This document shows, in pieces, positions 1 to 11,990 of a stretch of 64,000 bases of DNA. The notes under the pieces were generated by a model. That model did not search any database. It saw only the letters and a program-made list of their open reading frames with translations, and was not told the origin of the DNA. The stretch's first letter is position 1. Each line of letters starts with the position of its first letter. Both the position numbers and the translations under genes were made by a program. Origin of the DNA: Vicugna vicugna (taxonomy: Eukaryota); contig MU061441.1 of NCBI GenBank assembly GCA_013265495.1, forward strand, positions 2,064,321-2,128,320, read 5' to 3'.

Positions 1-329
1 AGCATGGATGTCTTGTGCCTAAGAATTGAGAAGAACAAGCGGGGACTGACTGTGGGCAGTGCTCTCCCCATCCTTGTCCCTCCAAAGCCACCAGATAGGA
101 ATGATCATCTGGAGAGTGTCCCAGGCCCTGCGCAGCTTGGAGTGGGTGGGATTGGCAGAGTGAAGAAGCTGAGGAGGTGTGTGGAGGCAGGACGGCTGGT
201 TGATTGATGTGGTTTGCGGTTGGGGCTCTCCCCCCCAGGGTGCATTCATTACCCCTCCTCTGAGCTCACTAAGTTCATACTCTCTGGGGTCTTGTCTGAT
301 GCATTGCCCTTTAGGTTCAGGACCAACAG

Positions 330-2830
330 GAACTCATCCAACAAGATACTAAGACTCAAGAGGAGCATTGCAAAGAAAAACATACTGTTACATTCTGCAT
401 AAGAGGTAGAACTCTTCAAACAGATGAACCAAAAATTTAAATGTGGCGTGATAAGCATGGAAATTGAGATAAGAAAAGATATTAGCAATAAGAACAAGAA
501 AAACAATGAGAACCAAGCAGAAATGTTTGGTATTTCCATAGTTTTACTTTTAACAAAACACACAACAGTGTGAAGAGTACTGAAATGGATACCGCCAAGG
601 AATGAATTAATGAATTGGAACACCAGACTTGGAAAATCTCCCAGAAGGGAAGAAAGAGCAGAGAAATAAAAATATTATAAAATAAAAGTTATATGATATG
701 GAAGATAAAAGTAGAATATCTAATTTAAAAAAAGTCCCAGAAAGATACCATATGACCCAGGAATCCTGCTCCTGGGCATAGATCCAGAAGGAACCCTACT
801 TCAAAANNNNNNNNNNNNNNNNNNNNNNNNNNNNNNNNNNNNNNNNNNNNNNNNNNNNNNNNNNNNNNNNNNNNNNNNNNNNNNNNNNNNNNNNNNNNNN
901 NNNNNNNNNNNNNNNNNNNNNNNNNNNNNNNNNNNNNNNNNNNNNNNNNNNNNNNNNNNNNNCAGCAACATGGATGTTCCTGGAGAACGTCATTTTAAGT
1001 GAAGTAAGCCAGAAAGAGGAAGAAAAATGCCATATGAGATTGCTCATATGTGGAATCTAAAAACAAACAAACAAACAAAAAACAAAACATAAATACAAAT
1101 CAAAAACAGACTCATAGACATAGAATACAAACTTGTGGTTGCCAAAGGGGCAGGGGTGGGAAGGGATAGATTGGGATTTCAAAATGTAGAATAGATAAAC
1201 AAGATTATACTGTATAGCACAGGGAAATATACACAAGATCTTATGGTTGCTCACAGAGAAAAAAATGTGACAATGAATATATATATGTTCATATATAACT
1301 GAAAAATTGTGCTCTACGCTGGAATTTGACACAACATTGTAAAATGATTATAACTCAATAAAAAAATGTTAAAAAAAAGAGTCCCAGAAAGAGACAAAAA
1401 TTAAAAATGGAGAATAAATATTTAAAGAAATATTTGAAGAAATAATAAACACATTTTAAAATTTTATTTTATTTATATACTTTTAAAGAATGAATAAATT
1501 TTGCAGAATTAATTTTAAAAAATAGGTCTTAGAATGGAAAGACACACAGAGAACTAAAGAGAAAAGGAAAACCAACCATAGCTTATGGTGAAACTTAATC
1601 CCACCAAGGACAAAGAGGAAATTCCAAAACCTATACATAGAGAGAAAAGAATACAAAAGAACATAAATCAGATTACTACAGAGAGTGGAGTAGTGTTTTA
1701 GAAGCATGGAAGCCAAAAACTTAGAACACATGAATTTTATAACCACACAAACTGTGGTTCAAACATGAAAGGCATGAGATAAGTAGTTTAAGGCATGTAA
1801 GTCTTTGGACATCTTGCCATGCAAAAATCCTCACTGAAAAGAGTTTTGTGAGCCGTGTTTAAAGACAAATCTAAGGGAGAAAGTTGCAAGAGATAGTGTG
1901 AAGAGAAGATCAAATACTTTGCTGCTGTTTGTCGTCTTTACAGGCTGCTATGACCAACCGCCAAAGATTTGCCTGGTATAGAACTGATGAGTGTTGGGAG
2001 ACAGGTCCAGGGATGTGAGAACACTAAAATTCTTGTCTTTGGGGTGATTAAAGCGAACCATAGAAAAAGTGAGAACAAGCTACTATGATAGACAAAGGTG
2101 GTAGAAAGCAGTATGTAACAGTTACTAAGTAAAAGCAAATAAACTAAGCATGCCAGTTGAAAAACAAATATCGACAGACACTATTTACAAAAGACACACC
2201 TAAGCATACTGGATACAAAGGTTGAAGGCAAAGGATGTTAAAAACCTGTCGGGAAGGTATTAACTAAAGGAGAGTTGGTGTTTCATATTAATAGAGATTT
2301 TAGGATAAAGAAGTGAAGACTGTAACTGCATAATGAGAAAATGTTCAAGTCATTTAACACCTAGTAAGACCTTCAAAATATGTGAGGCAAAAATTGACAA
2401 GAGTAGGAAGATATTGAGAAATTCACCATTAAACTGAGAGGTTTCAATTCAGCTCTCCTAAGTGTTGAAGGCTAAGCAAACAAAAATGAGCAGTAAAAAG
2501 AAGACCTAAATAATAAAAATAATAGTTGGACCTAGTAGACTTTTAGGAGTTCTGCTTCTACCAAGTATAGAATACATATTTCCTCTGCAAACATAAAACA
2601 TAAAAATTGATCACATTCTCAGCCATAAAGTCTCAAAAATTTCAACACAGAAATATTATATTGCCTATGATCTTTGATCATAATTCAACTGAGGTAGAAA
2701 TTAATAACAAAAAAGTTAAATTAAAACTCAAATGTTGAAAATTTTAAAAAAACACTGTTGAATAACACATGAATTAGAGGGAGTCATAATGAAAAATTTT
2801 AAATACCTAGAATTAACTGATAATAATATA
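330..2830 (+). mobile_element. Old degenerate L1 (L1M/L1ME-type): ORF1 remnants (~330-745, ~1393-1750) and ORF2 endonuclease remnant (~2140-2830), interrupted by a younger L1
   Basis: A-rich plus strand. ORF1-like text (gtcccagaaagagac...aatggagaataaatatttaaagaaatatttgaagaaaa) resumes exactly after the nested insertion. EN-like text (ctatttacaaaagacacacctaag, aaaatatgtgaggcaaaaattgac). No open frame. Confidence 0.7.
746..1379 (+). mobile_element. Young camelid-type L1 3' end, 5'-truncated, with perfect 13-bp TSD
   Basis: ORF2 C-terminus (taccatatgacccaggaatcctgctcctgggcata), L1 3'UTR, AATAAA and A-tail. AGTCCCAGAAAGA occurs at 733-745 and 1380-1392, with TTT/AAAA upstream. N-run at 807-962. 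Confidence 0.9.
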
Positions 2831-2859
2831 TATTTATTATTATTTTTTTAAAGAAGAGT

Positions 2860-3320
2860 ATAGTGTTTAATATTATGTGTCAACTTAGCTGGGCAAAGGG
2901 ATAGACAGATAGCTGGTAAAAACATTTCTGGATGTGTCTATGAGGAAATTTCCAGAAGAGATCAACATTTGAATGGTAGACCGTAAAGAAGGTCTGTCCT
3001 CACCAACGTGGGTGGGCTTCATCCAATCTGTTGCAGAGTTGAACAAAAAGATGGAGAGAAAGGGCAAATTCTCCTTTTTTTCTTGAGCCGAGATACCTAG
3101 CCTCTCCTATCCTTGGACACTGGAGCTCCTGGTTCTCGGGCCTTTGGACTCTAGGACTTAGACCAGTACCTCCCCCGCTGGTTTTCCTGGCTCTCAGGCT
3201 TGCATACAGCAGACTGTGAGACTTGTCTCCATAACTGTGTGGGCAAATTCCTATAATAAACCTCCTCTCATCTACCTATCTGTCTCCTATTAGTTCTGAT
3301 TCTCTGGAGAACTCCAATAC
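2860..3320 (+). mobile_element. MLT2-type ERVL solo LTR
   Basis: Begins ...tattatgtgtcaacttagctgggc; contains gtgggtgggcttcatccaatctgttg; ends ctcctattagttctgattctctggagaactccaatac. All are MLT2 hallmarks. Confidence 0.85.
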
Positions 3321-3324
3321 CCAC

Positions 3325-3505
3325 AGTTTAAGATTTACAGACATAATGGGAAGATAGAGAGAAATCCCATATATCCCAAAGCCATTTCCCCTAATTATAA
3401 ACTTCTTACATTAGTATGGGACATTTGTCTCAATTAATAAATCGATTAATATATCATCATTAGTATTATTATCTAAATTTCATCCTTTATTTATTCAGAT
3501 TTTCT
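3325..3505 (-). mobile_element. L1MB/L1MC-type 3'UTR fragment
   Basis: cttacattagtatgggacatttgtctcaattaataaa...ttattcagattttctg resembles the antisense end of old L1 3'UTRs. Confidence 0.6.
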
Positions 3506-3509
3506 GTTT

Positions 3510-3537
3510 TGTGTGTGTGTGTGTGTGTGTATGTGTG
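3510..3537. repeat. (TG)10 microsatellite with interrupted extension
   Basis: Directly visible. Confidence 0.95.
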
Positions 3538-3939
3538 TTGAGGGTGACTAGGATTCTGGTTGTGATCCCAGGACAATGTTACCATGTTCTGTTGCTATTG
3601 GCAAATGATTTTAACATATACTTATCTACTCAGTTCAACAAACACTTCTTAATTATCTGCTATGTGCTCTGGATAAAGTTAGATGCCAGCACTATAAATC
3701 CAAATATCATATAATAATTGATTCTTTGGGGAGCTGGCCATTCAGTGGAAGGAACAAACATAAAAAGGTGATGTCAATATACTGTGGTATGTTACAGAGT
3801 TTTTGATGGAAGGAGATACATTTTCTTTAAAATAATGAATTTTAGTCTTTAAAAACTATATTTCTGTTCATGTTTTTTAACTTAGTGACTAAAGTTAACA
3901 CTTTTTCCCTGCATATAACTTTTTTTTCCCTCCAAAGCA

Positions 3940-4345
3940 TTCCTTCAAGCCACGTGGTTCTAGTGGTAATCACCAATCACAGTTTGCCATCTCGCTGTGT
4001 GATTGGATGAGAGATTAGCACATGACCAAAGTTAGGCCAATCAGAATTCTCCCCTGGGGGAGACTTTTCACAGTTGATCTAGAAAAAAAATACTCCTCTT
4101 TCCTGGTCCCAGAATTATTAAGATATGTGTTGTGAGAGCCATGTCCCCTGTCATGTGAAGAACTTAAGGAACTTCAGAGAACTTGCAGAGAGAACCAGAA
4201 GGAGAGACAGAGATACCTACCTGATGGATTGTTAGTCTTCTGTTCGTACCATACCTAAAATCATGTGAGCCGATAAAACCCCCCTCTTCTGTTTAAATTG
4301 ATTTGAGCTAGGTTTATGCCATTTTCAATCAAAAGAGTCCCAAAT
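3940..4345 (+). mobile_element. MLT1 (J/K-like) MaLR LTR
   Basis: cacatgaccaaagttaggccaatcagaattc; tcatgtgagccgataaaacccc; terminal atcaaaagagtcc. Confidence 0.7.
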
Positions 4346-4889
4346 AATTCAGTGATGTAATCTATATATGGCATAATTTTTTAGGGCAGTATTCCTCAGG
4401 AATACAATTATTTCTAATTTTTGAAGTAAAGGCAAAATGAAAATAAAGTTCTACTTTAAATATGAAAAAGAGTGAATATTAATGACATAAATAAGCGTAT
4501 CAAGGCAAAAAGCACAGCATTAGAATTCGTTTAAAGTCTATTTCAAAATCAGAAGATCCTACAAAAACAATATATGAGAAAGCAAGACGTGTAAATTAGT
4601 CTCTTAGATTTTAAAAGTGGGAATTTTGTTTGAAGTGAAGTGTGGGGCTTACTGCTCTTGTCTCCAAGGGCTAGTCTGTTTTTATAGTGTTCAGAAGTGA
4701 TTCCATTCCAAAGGTTGGTGCTTTTAAAAATGCTATTATGATGGCTGAAGCAAAACAGATGTACATTTTAAACTTGCAATCCCTCACCCTGAATTAATTG
4801 TGCTAGCCATGTGTTAAATCTTCTGGGCGGGGGGGAGTGGGAGGAGCAATTTATTTTTATTCAGTCTCTTTAAGCAAAAAAACAAAAAC

Positions 4890-5055
4890 AAAACAATTCA
4901 CTCATTTCTCCCACCCATACCTCTGGCAACCATATTAGCCCCTTATCAGAGAAATGATTTACAAATATTTTCTCCTGTTCAGTGGGTTGCCTTCTCATTC
5001 TGTTGATCGTTTCCTTCTTTGGCTTTGCAGAAGCTTTTTAGTTTACTGTAGTCCT
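4890..5055 (-). mobile_element. L1 ORF2 fragment
   Basis: tttacaaatattttctcctgttcagtgggttgccttctcattctgttgat...tttgcagaagctttttagttt is the standard antisense L1 RT-region text. Confidence 0.7.
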
Positions 5056-5129
5056 AACCAGCCTACTTCTATGTGATCACTAACATTTAATTTTTAAATT
5101 TTGTTTATGTTGAAATTTTTCCCTAACTT

Positions 5130-5222
5130 AGGCTCACTATGTAAAATACAGGACTTCTGGTTAAATTTGAGTTTCAAAATACAGGAGTTCTATATTTTTG
5201 TTTGCTAAGTCTGTCAGCCCTA
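5130..5222. mobile_element. hAT-Charlie MITE fragment (MER3/MER33-like)
   Basis: aaaatacaggac...ggttaaatttgagtttca...tttgctaagtctgtcagccct. Confidence 0.55.
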
Positions 5223-6399
5223 CTCTATTTTTCTAATAATGAAAAAAAGAATAGCTGGCTTTTAGAAATACCTAGGTAGGGTGAATATCTTCTGCACACA
5301 CAAAAACATCAGTCACCTTTAATTCCATATGGAATTCAGCTCTACCCTGGAAATGCTAGATTCAACAGTCAATTTAACACCAAAGATGTGGATCTTAGAG
5401 TAGATTAGGAGACATTCAACATTCATCTTTTTATCTAATTGTCTTTAACATTCTGAATTTGGGGGGGTCTTTTTGTTAAGTCCCCAAAGGATTTTTACAA
5501 ACATTATTGGATGGAAGCAGGTCTGGCTATAATATAAAATTTGCCCAAGTTCACACAATTTCCAAAAAGTTTATCCAAGACTGAATGTAAGTTTCTCTTC
5601 CACTTGATCAGTTTAGTAGCCAACTGACATTGGAATAATTAGATGCATCTTAGGGGTCCACTCAACCCAAACGAATCCAGAGTCATCTCCAGTGGCCCCT
5701 TTCTAGGGGTTGTGTACCCTATGCTGGGCTGTGTGTTGGTCCTAACAGCTGCTGCTCAGAGACAGGAACCATGTGTAGCTTGCTTGCTTTCTTGCTTTCT
5801 CTCATTTATTATTATTATTACTTAACAAACATGTACTGTACAATGTTTTGAAAGGAACCTGGAAGCCTGACATTTTTTTATTTAGCAGATCTTGGGCAAA
5901 AAGCAAAGAGGACAGAAGGGGAGTGCGCTGGGGAGTAAATTTCCATTCATGCCCAGAGGAACAGCAGAGAACTCAGGTCAGGCGGAGGTCAGGAGGTGTG
6001 GTGTGCTCCTTGGAACTGACACAGGATACAGAAATTGCTGCTTATGGTCTGTCAGTTTGTATTAAGTTTCATAGAGAAAAATAAAGACTACTTTGATCTC
6101 TTCCTGGTCATGCATGATAATAGGGCTCAAAATCCTTGTCCTAGTTTGGGGCTACACCAGCTCCCAGATCACATGGGTCATATGCACAAACAAGGGTGAT
6201 CATCGCCACTGGTCACGTGAAATAGTTCAGAACAAAACAACCTATATTGGACACATAGCTGGGTAATTAAAGATTTTCAGAAAAGCTTCGGTACTTTCCA
6301 AAGTTCAGATTTGTATAAAACTGACAATTTAAAGTTAAAAATCCCTTGAATTTAAAATATTTGTTACTATTTCAGAAGACCAGTCTGTACAGAAGCATT

Positions 6400-6545
6400 T
6401 TAAGGTAATCATTGCATTTAACCCTCACTACCGCACTAGAGGTGCAAATGATTGTCCTCATTTTACAGCTGTGGTAGCTGAGGCTCTGCGAGATTACGTG
6501 ACTTGCTCCATTTCATGCAGCTAATAATGGAAGGTTAGTGTTCAA
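6400..6545 (-). mobile_element. MIR SINE
   Basis: gtcctcattttacagctg...gctgaggctctgcgagattacgtgacttgctc is the antisense MIR core. Confidence 0.7.
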
Positions 6546-6599
6546 ACAAGAACTTATAACCATTCTATATTGCCTATGAAGTTTGTATTTAAAAAAAAT

Positions 6600-7232
6600 T
6601 TTTAAACTAAAAATAGACTTACCACATGATCCAGCAATCCCACTTTTGGGCATATATCCAGAGAAAACTGTAATTCAAAAAGACATATGCTCGATGTTCA
6701 TAGTAGCACTATTTACAATTGCCAAGACATGGAAACAACTTAAATGTCCATCTACAGATGACTGGATAAAGATGTAATATACATATATAATGGAATATTA
6801 CTCAGCCATAAAAAAGAGTGAAATAATACCATTTTCAGCAACATTTGGTTCTAGAGATTAAATGAAGTAAGTCAGAAAGAGAAAGACAAATATCATATAA
6901 TATCACTTACATGTGAAATCTAAAAAAAATGATAAAATTCTGTTTACAAACTAAAAATGGACTCATGGATGTAGCAAACAAACTATGGTTACCAAAGGGC
7001 AGGGAGAGGTGTGGGAAGGGATAAATTAGGAGTTTGGGATTAACAGATACACATTATATGTAAAATAGATAAACAACAAGGACCTACTGTATTGAACAGG
7101 GAACTATATTCAATTTCTTGTAAAAACACATAATAGAAAAGAATCTGAAGAGAAAAAAATGTATATATCTATACGTGTGTGTAACTGAATTGCTTTGCCT
7201 TACACCTGAAACTAACACTGTAAGTCAACTAC
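6600..7232 (+). mobile_element. Artiodactyl-type L1 3' end (ORF2 C-terminus plus 3'UTR)
   Basis: Translates ...IDLPHDPAIPLLGIYPEKTVIQKDICSMFIVALFTIAKTWKQLKCPSTDDWIK (L1 ORF2 C-terminal), followed by the typical 3'UTR. Confidence 0.9.
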
Positions 7233-9054
7233 GAGATCTCACGGCTGCTAAGGACAGGTGTCCCTGTTTGCAAGTCCCAAGTTAGCCTCAGCTGGAATCC
7301 TCTTACGCCACATGGAAGACACAGGATGAAGTGGAGGTGGTTTTGGTGTTGTCCCCTTAGTGCCGGTTCCAGCTTTCTGCATGGTTCCCTAATGACATTC
7401 TTAGTGTCTTTAAAATCCTTAAAAATTAATTTCCTTAATTTTTTAACGTACAGAGACTCCTCATATTCAGCATCTCATTTAATCTCACCAAAACCATGTG
7501 CACATAAATAACTTCTCCCTTTTTAAAACGAGCAATTTCAGCGAGGTTGAGTAACTCGTGTTTGGTCACCGGGTACGCTGGAAAAACAGGTCCTCAAAAG
7601 TAGGCCCTGCCGGGGAGGGTAAACATCCCTCCTACCTGCCTTAGGTTCTCCAGCTGGGCGCCCGTCGATGACACTGGCCAGAGACAGGTTAGTAAGAGAC
7701 GGACGGAAGTTTGCTTGCATGCATTTACATATGGGAACACCCAGAGGTGAGTAGCTCAAAGCAGGGAGGAGTTGGAACCTGGGTTTCTGTATCAGCTTGG
7801 GTCAAAACAAAAGAAAAGGCACTTGGGGCATCTGAGCAGAGAAGGTGAGGCTCTGGGGAGGGGACCAGGAGAAGCATGGGGAACGAGGCCTGTTTGGTGG
7901 CGTTGGTTCTACCTTTCTCAGCACACCGTATCGATTTCTTCTTAACATGATCATAAAGGATCACAGGTCCTTTTAGCAGTTTGCGATGTTTCTGTGGATA
8001 TTATTTCCTTTTTGGATTGCTTTAAAATAATACATTTATGAGACATTAGTTCTGAAAGGCATGTCAGTGATTTTCCCCTACTGAATCCCTCCCCTTCTTG
8101 ATGGGAAAACAGGATCCAAGAAATTAAGGGGCTCGGCAGCAGCTACAAGTGAATAAATGGCGGCGCTATTCTTGTGTCTGGGCTTTGCCTCAAATCGGGT
8201 CCTCCCGCCGCTGCACCAGGAACCAGATGCTAACCACATCCAAACAAACCCCATTTAATTCCACATGGTATTACATGTGATCTGTTGTTAAAATGGGTTA
8301 TTATCCAACAAAAATGCTTATTCTCAATAAAACGCCTTAAAAGGAAACATCTGTTCCAGAAAAGGCTGTTTCTCTCTGCATGTATCAAGCAGCTTCTGGT
8401 GGCGTTCTTGGGTCTCTGGTGATTCAAGCTGGAGTCCAGGAGCTGGAGACAATAGAGAATTCCAAAACTCACATCGTCTGTGGCTGCTAAAGACCTGAAC
8501 TTCCTCATCATCTAAGATTCTGTCAACCGTTTGTATGTTCTTGACTAAGATATTTGTGTGTGATGGCCCAGTCCAGCTGGAGAAACCTAAAAACCCTGAT
8601 GAGCTGGGAATGCTGGAATGTCCTTGTGTTGCTGACTAACTGTAGTCAGCAGGCAGATTTTCTAGTTCTCTGATGGCAATGCCAGCCTAGAAGGTCACGG
8701 AGAGGCATTAGCAATGGAAAGATACACAAATATGAATTTCAAAACAAATAAAATAGATGAAGCAGCTTGACAACTGTGTGTTCTGAAACATATAAAAAGG
8801 GCTTCTCATATGCGTAAGTGATTGGAGCAGAGTTTGTGTCATTTTTAACCACATGGAGGAATCTCTCCCATGAGAATTTAATCCATTCCTACAGAGCTAT
8901 CATCTTTTTATGATAACCTAGTGAGAGATTAGAAAGTGGGGGCTAATGGCAATCTGCTTGCCTTGGTTTATAAATTACACACAAATAATCAAAAACAATT
9001 TTTTCCTTTGAGTCAGCTAGTTGGTTGGAAGAAGGAGATAAAGTTCATGCATCT

Positions 9055-9150
9055 GTTCCTCCTCTTCCTAGTTCTGTAACTTTAAGTATGTTGTTTAATA
9101 TTTCTGAGCCTCCATTTTCTAATCTGTAAAATGGAATTTCCTATTTTCTC
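9055..9150 (+). mobile_element. MIR SINE fragment
   Basis: ctgtaactttaagtatgttgtttaatatttctgagcctccattttctaatctgtaaaatggaat. Confidence 0.65.
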
Positions 9151-9699
9151 GCACGATTGTTCAGAAAATATATTTTTCAATGCTTTCTAAATGGCCATAT
9201 ATTTTTTAAAATAACATTTATATAAAAGTTGCTCAGATCATTGAGGAAAGTTTTCACCAAGCTAGTTTCAAGGTGGGAACATTCTTATCTCCCTAAAGTA
9301 AATATGGTAAATGTGAAATTTTGTGTGTGTGTGCATTTAACCCATCTTTTGCTAGGCAAACTTTTAGTATTTTAAGTATCTTCGTAACTGAGTTAGTCTA
9401 TTAATGGTGGAGTGGAAAAATAAATGAGATCCTTGGTCAGATGCTTAAAAAATGTGGAGTGGCTGACTTCACACTTTTGAAAATAATTTTGGGGAAGCTA
9501 TTCTGCAAAGAGAAGGCCAAGGAGCTCTCTGATGATGCCAGGCCAGGAGAGAGTGCTTCTAGGCAGTTAGAACCTTCTTTCTTCTTTGTCTTTAAAATAA
9601 ACATGAAGAGTGTGAGTGGCCACTGTTAAGACTGGACCTGATTCCCTGAGTGCAGCCTGACATGGTCTGGTTTAAGTAGTTGGTCCAAATGGGGAGGCT

Positions 9700-9765
9700 C
9701 CCTCCCTCGATCCCTCCTTCATGTGTCCCTCCCTCCCTCCCTTTCTCCCTCCTTCCTTCCTTCCA
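9700..9765. repeat. (CCCT)/(CCTT) polypyrimidine low-complexity tract
   Basis: Directly visible. Confidence 0.8.
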
Positions 9766-11384
9766 CTGGCATGATCATCTGCTCTGTGTAATGCTACTAC
9801 AGCCTGGGGACACGATAAGAAAAAAGAAGCACAAAACATCCTCATGGAACTCACATTCTAACAGAAGGACAGACATTAGCTATTCATCTTACTGGTAAAA
9901 CCAGTGAGTACTCTGCTTTTGAAGCTTACTGTTCCTGTTGACACAATATTGTGACTACAAAGATTTAGAAAGTCTTTATTGGAATGAGTCAAAAATGTTC
10001 TTTATCTTCTCTGTCTGTATTGTCCAAAAAGCTGGCTTACTAGCTGACTTCTCTGATTGTTGGAGTGGGGTCTGCTCTAATCCATCATTGTAAGCTTGCA
10101 ATTCTGCCTCTACTGGACAGGCTTAATTCATAAAAGCATTCACAAATTCCTCACTGTAATTATTTTTTTGTTTGTTTTGAATATTTATAGGGAAGTAAAG
10201 CAACCAAAATTGCATATCAAACCAGCCGTCTGAAGTACGTAAGTGCTTAATTAATATAATACTTATAATTACTTTCCTCCATTAAAAACTGGCATTTGAA
10301 TATTTGAGTGTATGGTTTAAAACCCCTACGTTTTAATAAAGTACTTCAGTCCTATAAATTTAGTACACTAATGTTTTATATGTTTCCTTCTACCCAACCG
10401 TAATTATAGGTTTATATGCTTCTGAGCTCAGAAATCCATTTTCCCTCTAGTGTTTGTTAAATGTTGCTGGAGAATGAATTGGAAGGGCATGGGTTTCTGA
10501 GATGGGTGGGTCCTCCAAGGGGACCCTGAGCCTCCATTTGAATAAGCAAAGGAAGGGGCTGAGAAGGATGCGGGGCAAGCACTTTGCTGTTACTACCTCT
10601 GAGGAGTGGAACGGAGGTAGGAAACACTACCTACTTGACTTAATTTTTTTAATTGGTGGGTTTACAATTTGTTTTTTACTTGCGTGTGTGTTAATAATGA
10701 TTTTTAAGCAATCTGCCCCTCTTCCCACTCCACAGATGGTAACAAGTCTTTCCTTCGCTTTCCCTGCATCACTAGCTATCGCGGGCGCCTGGCTCTTTGA
10801 GGCTTCAACCCTGACCTCTCTGTAGGTGCCTCCCAAGCCTGCCTCTTTCGGTTTCTTTCTCCTGAGTCTCCCTACGTTTACACCAGACATTTTGATCCAG
10901 GTAACCCACAGTCACCTTGAATACAATACACCCCTAAGCCCAGCATTCCTTCAGTCAGAACTTGGTTTATCGCCCACATTTATTTATTTATTTATTTGCT
11001 AATAGTGTCACCATCCTTTTATTCACTCGAATTTAAAACATTTTCCAGGTCATATTAATGCTGGATTGCTCTGGCCAGACTACCCAACGTCAAGTAACAT
11101 TGGTCCAATTCTGTTCCTTTTCCCATAAAACCTGTTCTGTGTTTCAGACCCTCACTGCTGTCTGCTTGGCGCAGTTCTCTGCTCTTCTGCCTCCTCACAC
11201 TGCCGAATCTGCAATCTGTCCTCCGCACCACAGCCCGGGAGCCACCCTCTCCCGCGGTGTGATCATTTCAAACATCTCCCCTCCTGGTCTCCAGCTCAGA
11301 AACTTCTCTTCTTCTCCAGGAGGAGAGCAACCAGGGCAGAAGGTGCTGAGTTTAGTCTGGGGTAAAATATGATGCTTCAGGGAA

Positions 11385-11565
11385 GAAAACAGGCTCTGAA
11401 CTCCTACTTTCTGGGTATGAACATTAGCCGTGTCCCTTCCCATCTGGAGAAATGCAGACGAGTTTCTTAATCCTCCTGTGCTCTAATGTCCTCATTTTAA
11501 CAACATGATAAAATCATACCTGCCTCATAGGATTGTGCTGAGGATTAAATGACATGCTGTAAACA
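11385..11565 (+). mobile_element. MIR SINE
   Basis: ctcattttaacaac...atacctgcctcataggattgtgctgaggattaaatgac. Confidence 0.75.
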
Positions 11566-11639
11566 GAAAGTCGCGGTTTCCGGCAGGTTTTAGCTGTTAA
11601 GAGTAATTTCCTTCGTGCACACTGGCTTCTTCCAAGCTG

Positions 11640-11990
11640 ATTTTATTTCTTGAAGGCTGTACCTTCCATACTTTTCCATCTTTGTTGCTTTGCTTATTCT
11701 GGCTTTTCTTTCCCTCATTCCTATGTATCTTTGCACATCCAAGTCATACTTCTCAGGGTCCACCTCAACTGCCACTTCTTCCAGGAAGCCCTCTGGATTG
11801 CCCTGTGGTCCTGTGATCTGTCTCCTCAGCTCCTATCACCCTTCATTTATAGAAGGTTGTCCCTTTTACAACAAACCATTTTCAACCTTGTGTTCTGATT
11901 TCTTCTACATAGGCCTCGCCCTGGCAATAATGGTTCCTATCTCTATGACTTTTATTCATACACTAGCCCAATTCTTGAGAGAATTCTGAG
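11640..11990 (+). mobile_element. L2 LINE fragment
   Basis: tcaactgccacttcttccaggaagccctct... pyrimidine-rich L2 3' region text. Confidence 0.5.

Noticed and set aside
5321-5336. Perfect 16-bp palindrome AATTCCATATGGAATT
   Set aside because: About one such palindrome is expected by chance in 64 kb. CC(A/T)4GG is too short for a CArG box.
6583-6777. 64-aa ORF with protein-like content
   Set aside because: It is the L1 ORF2 C-terminal remnant, not a host gene.
7655-7672. tgggcgcccg as a retroviral tRNA-Lys primer-binding site
   Set aside because: Only ~9 nt resemble TGGCGCCCGAACAGGGAC, and no LTR end or gag follows.
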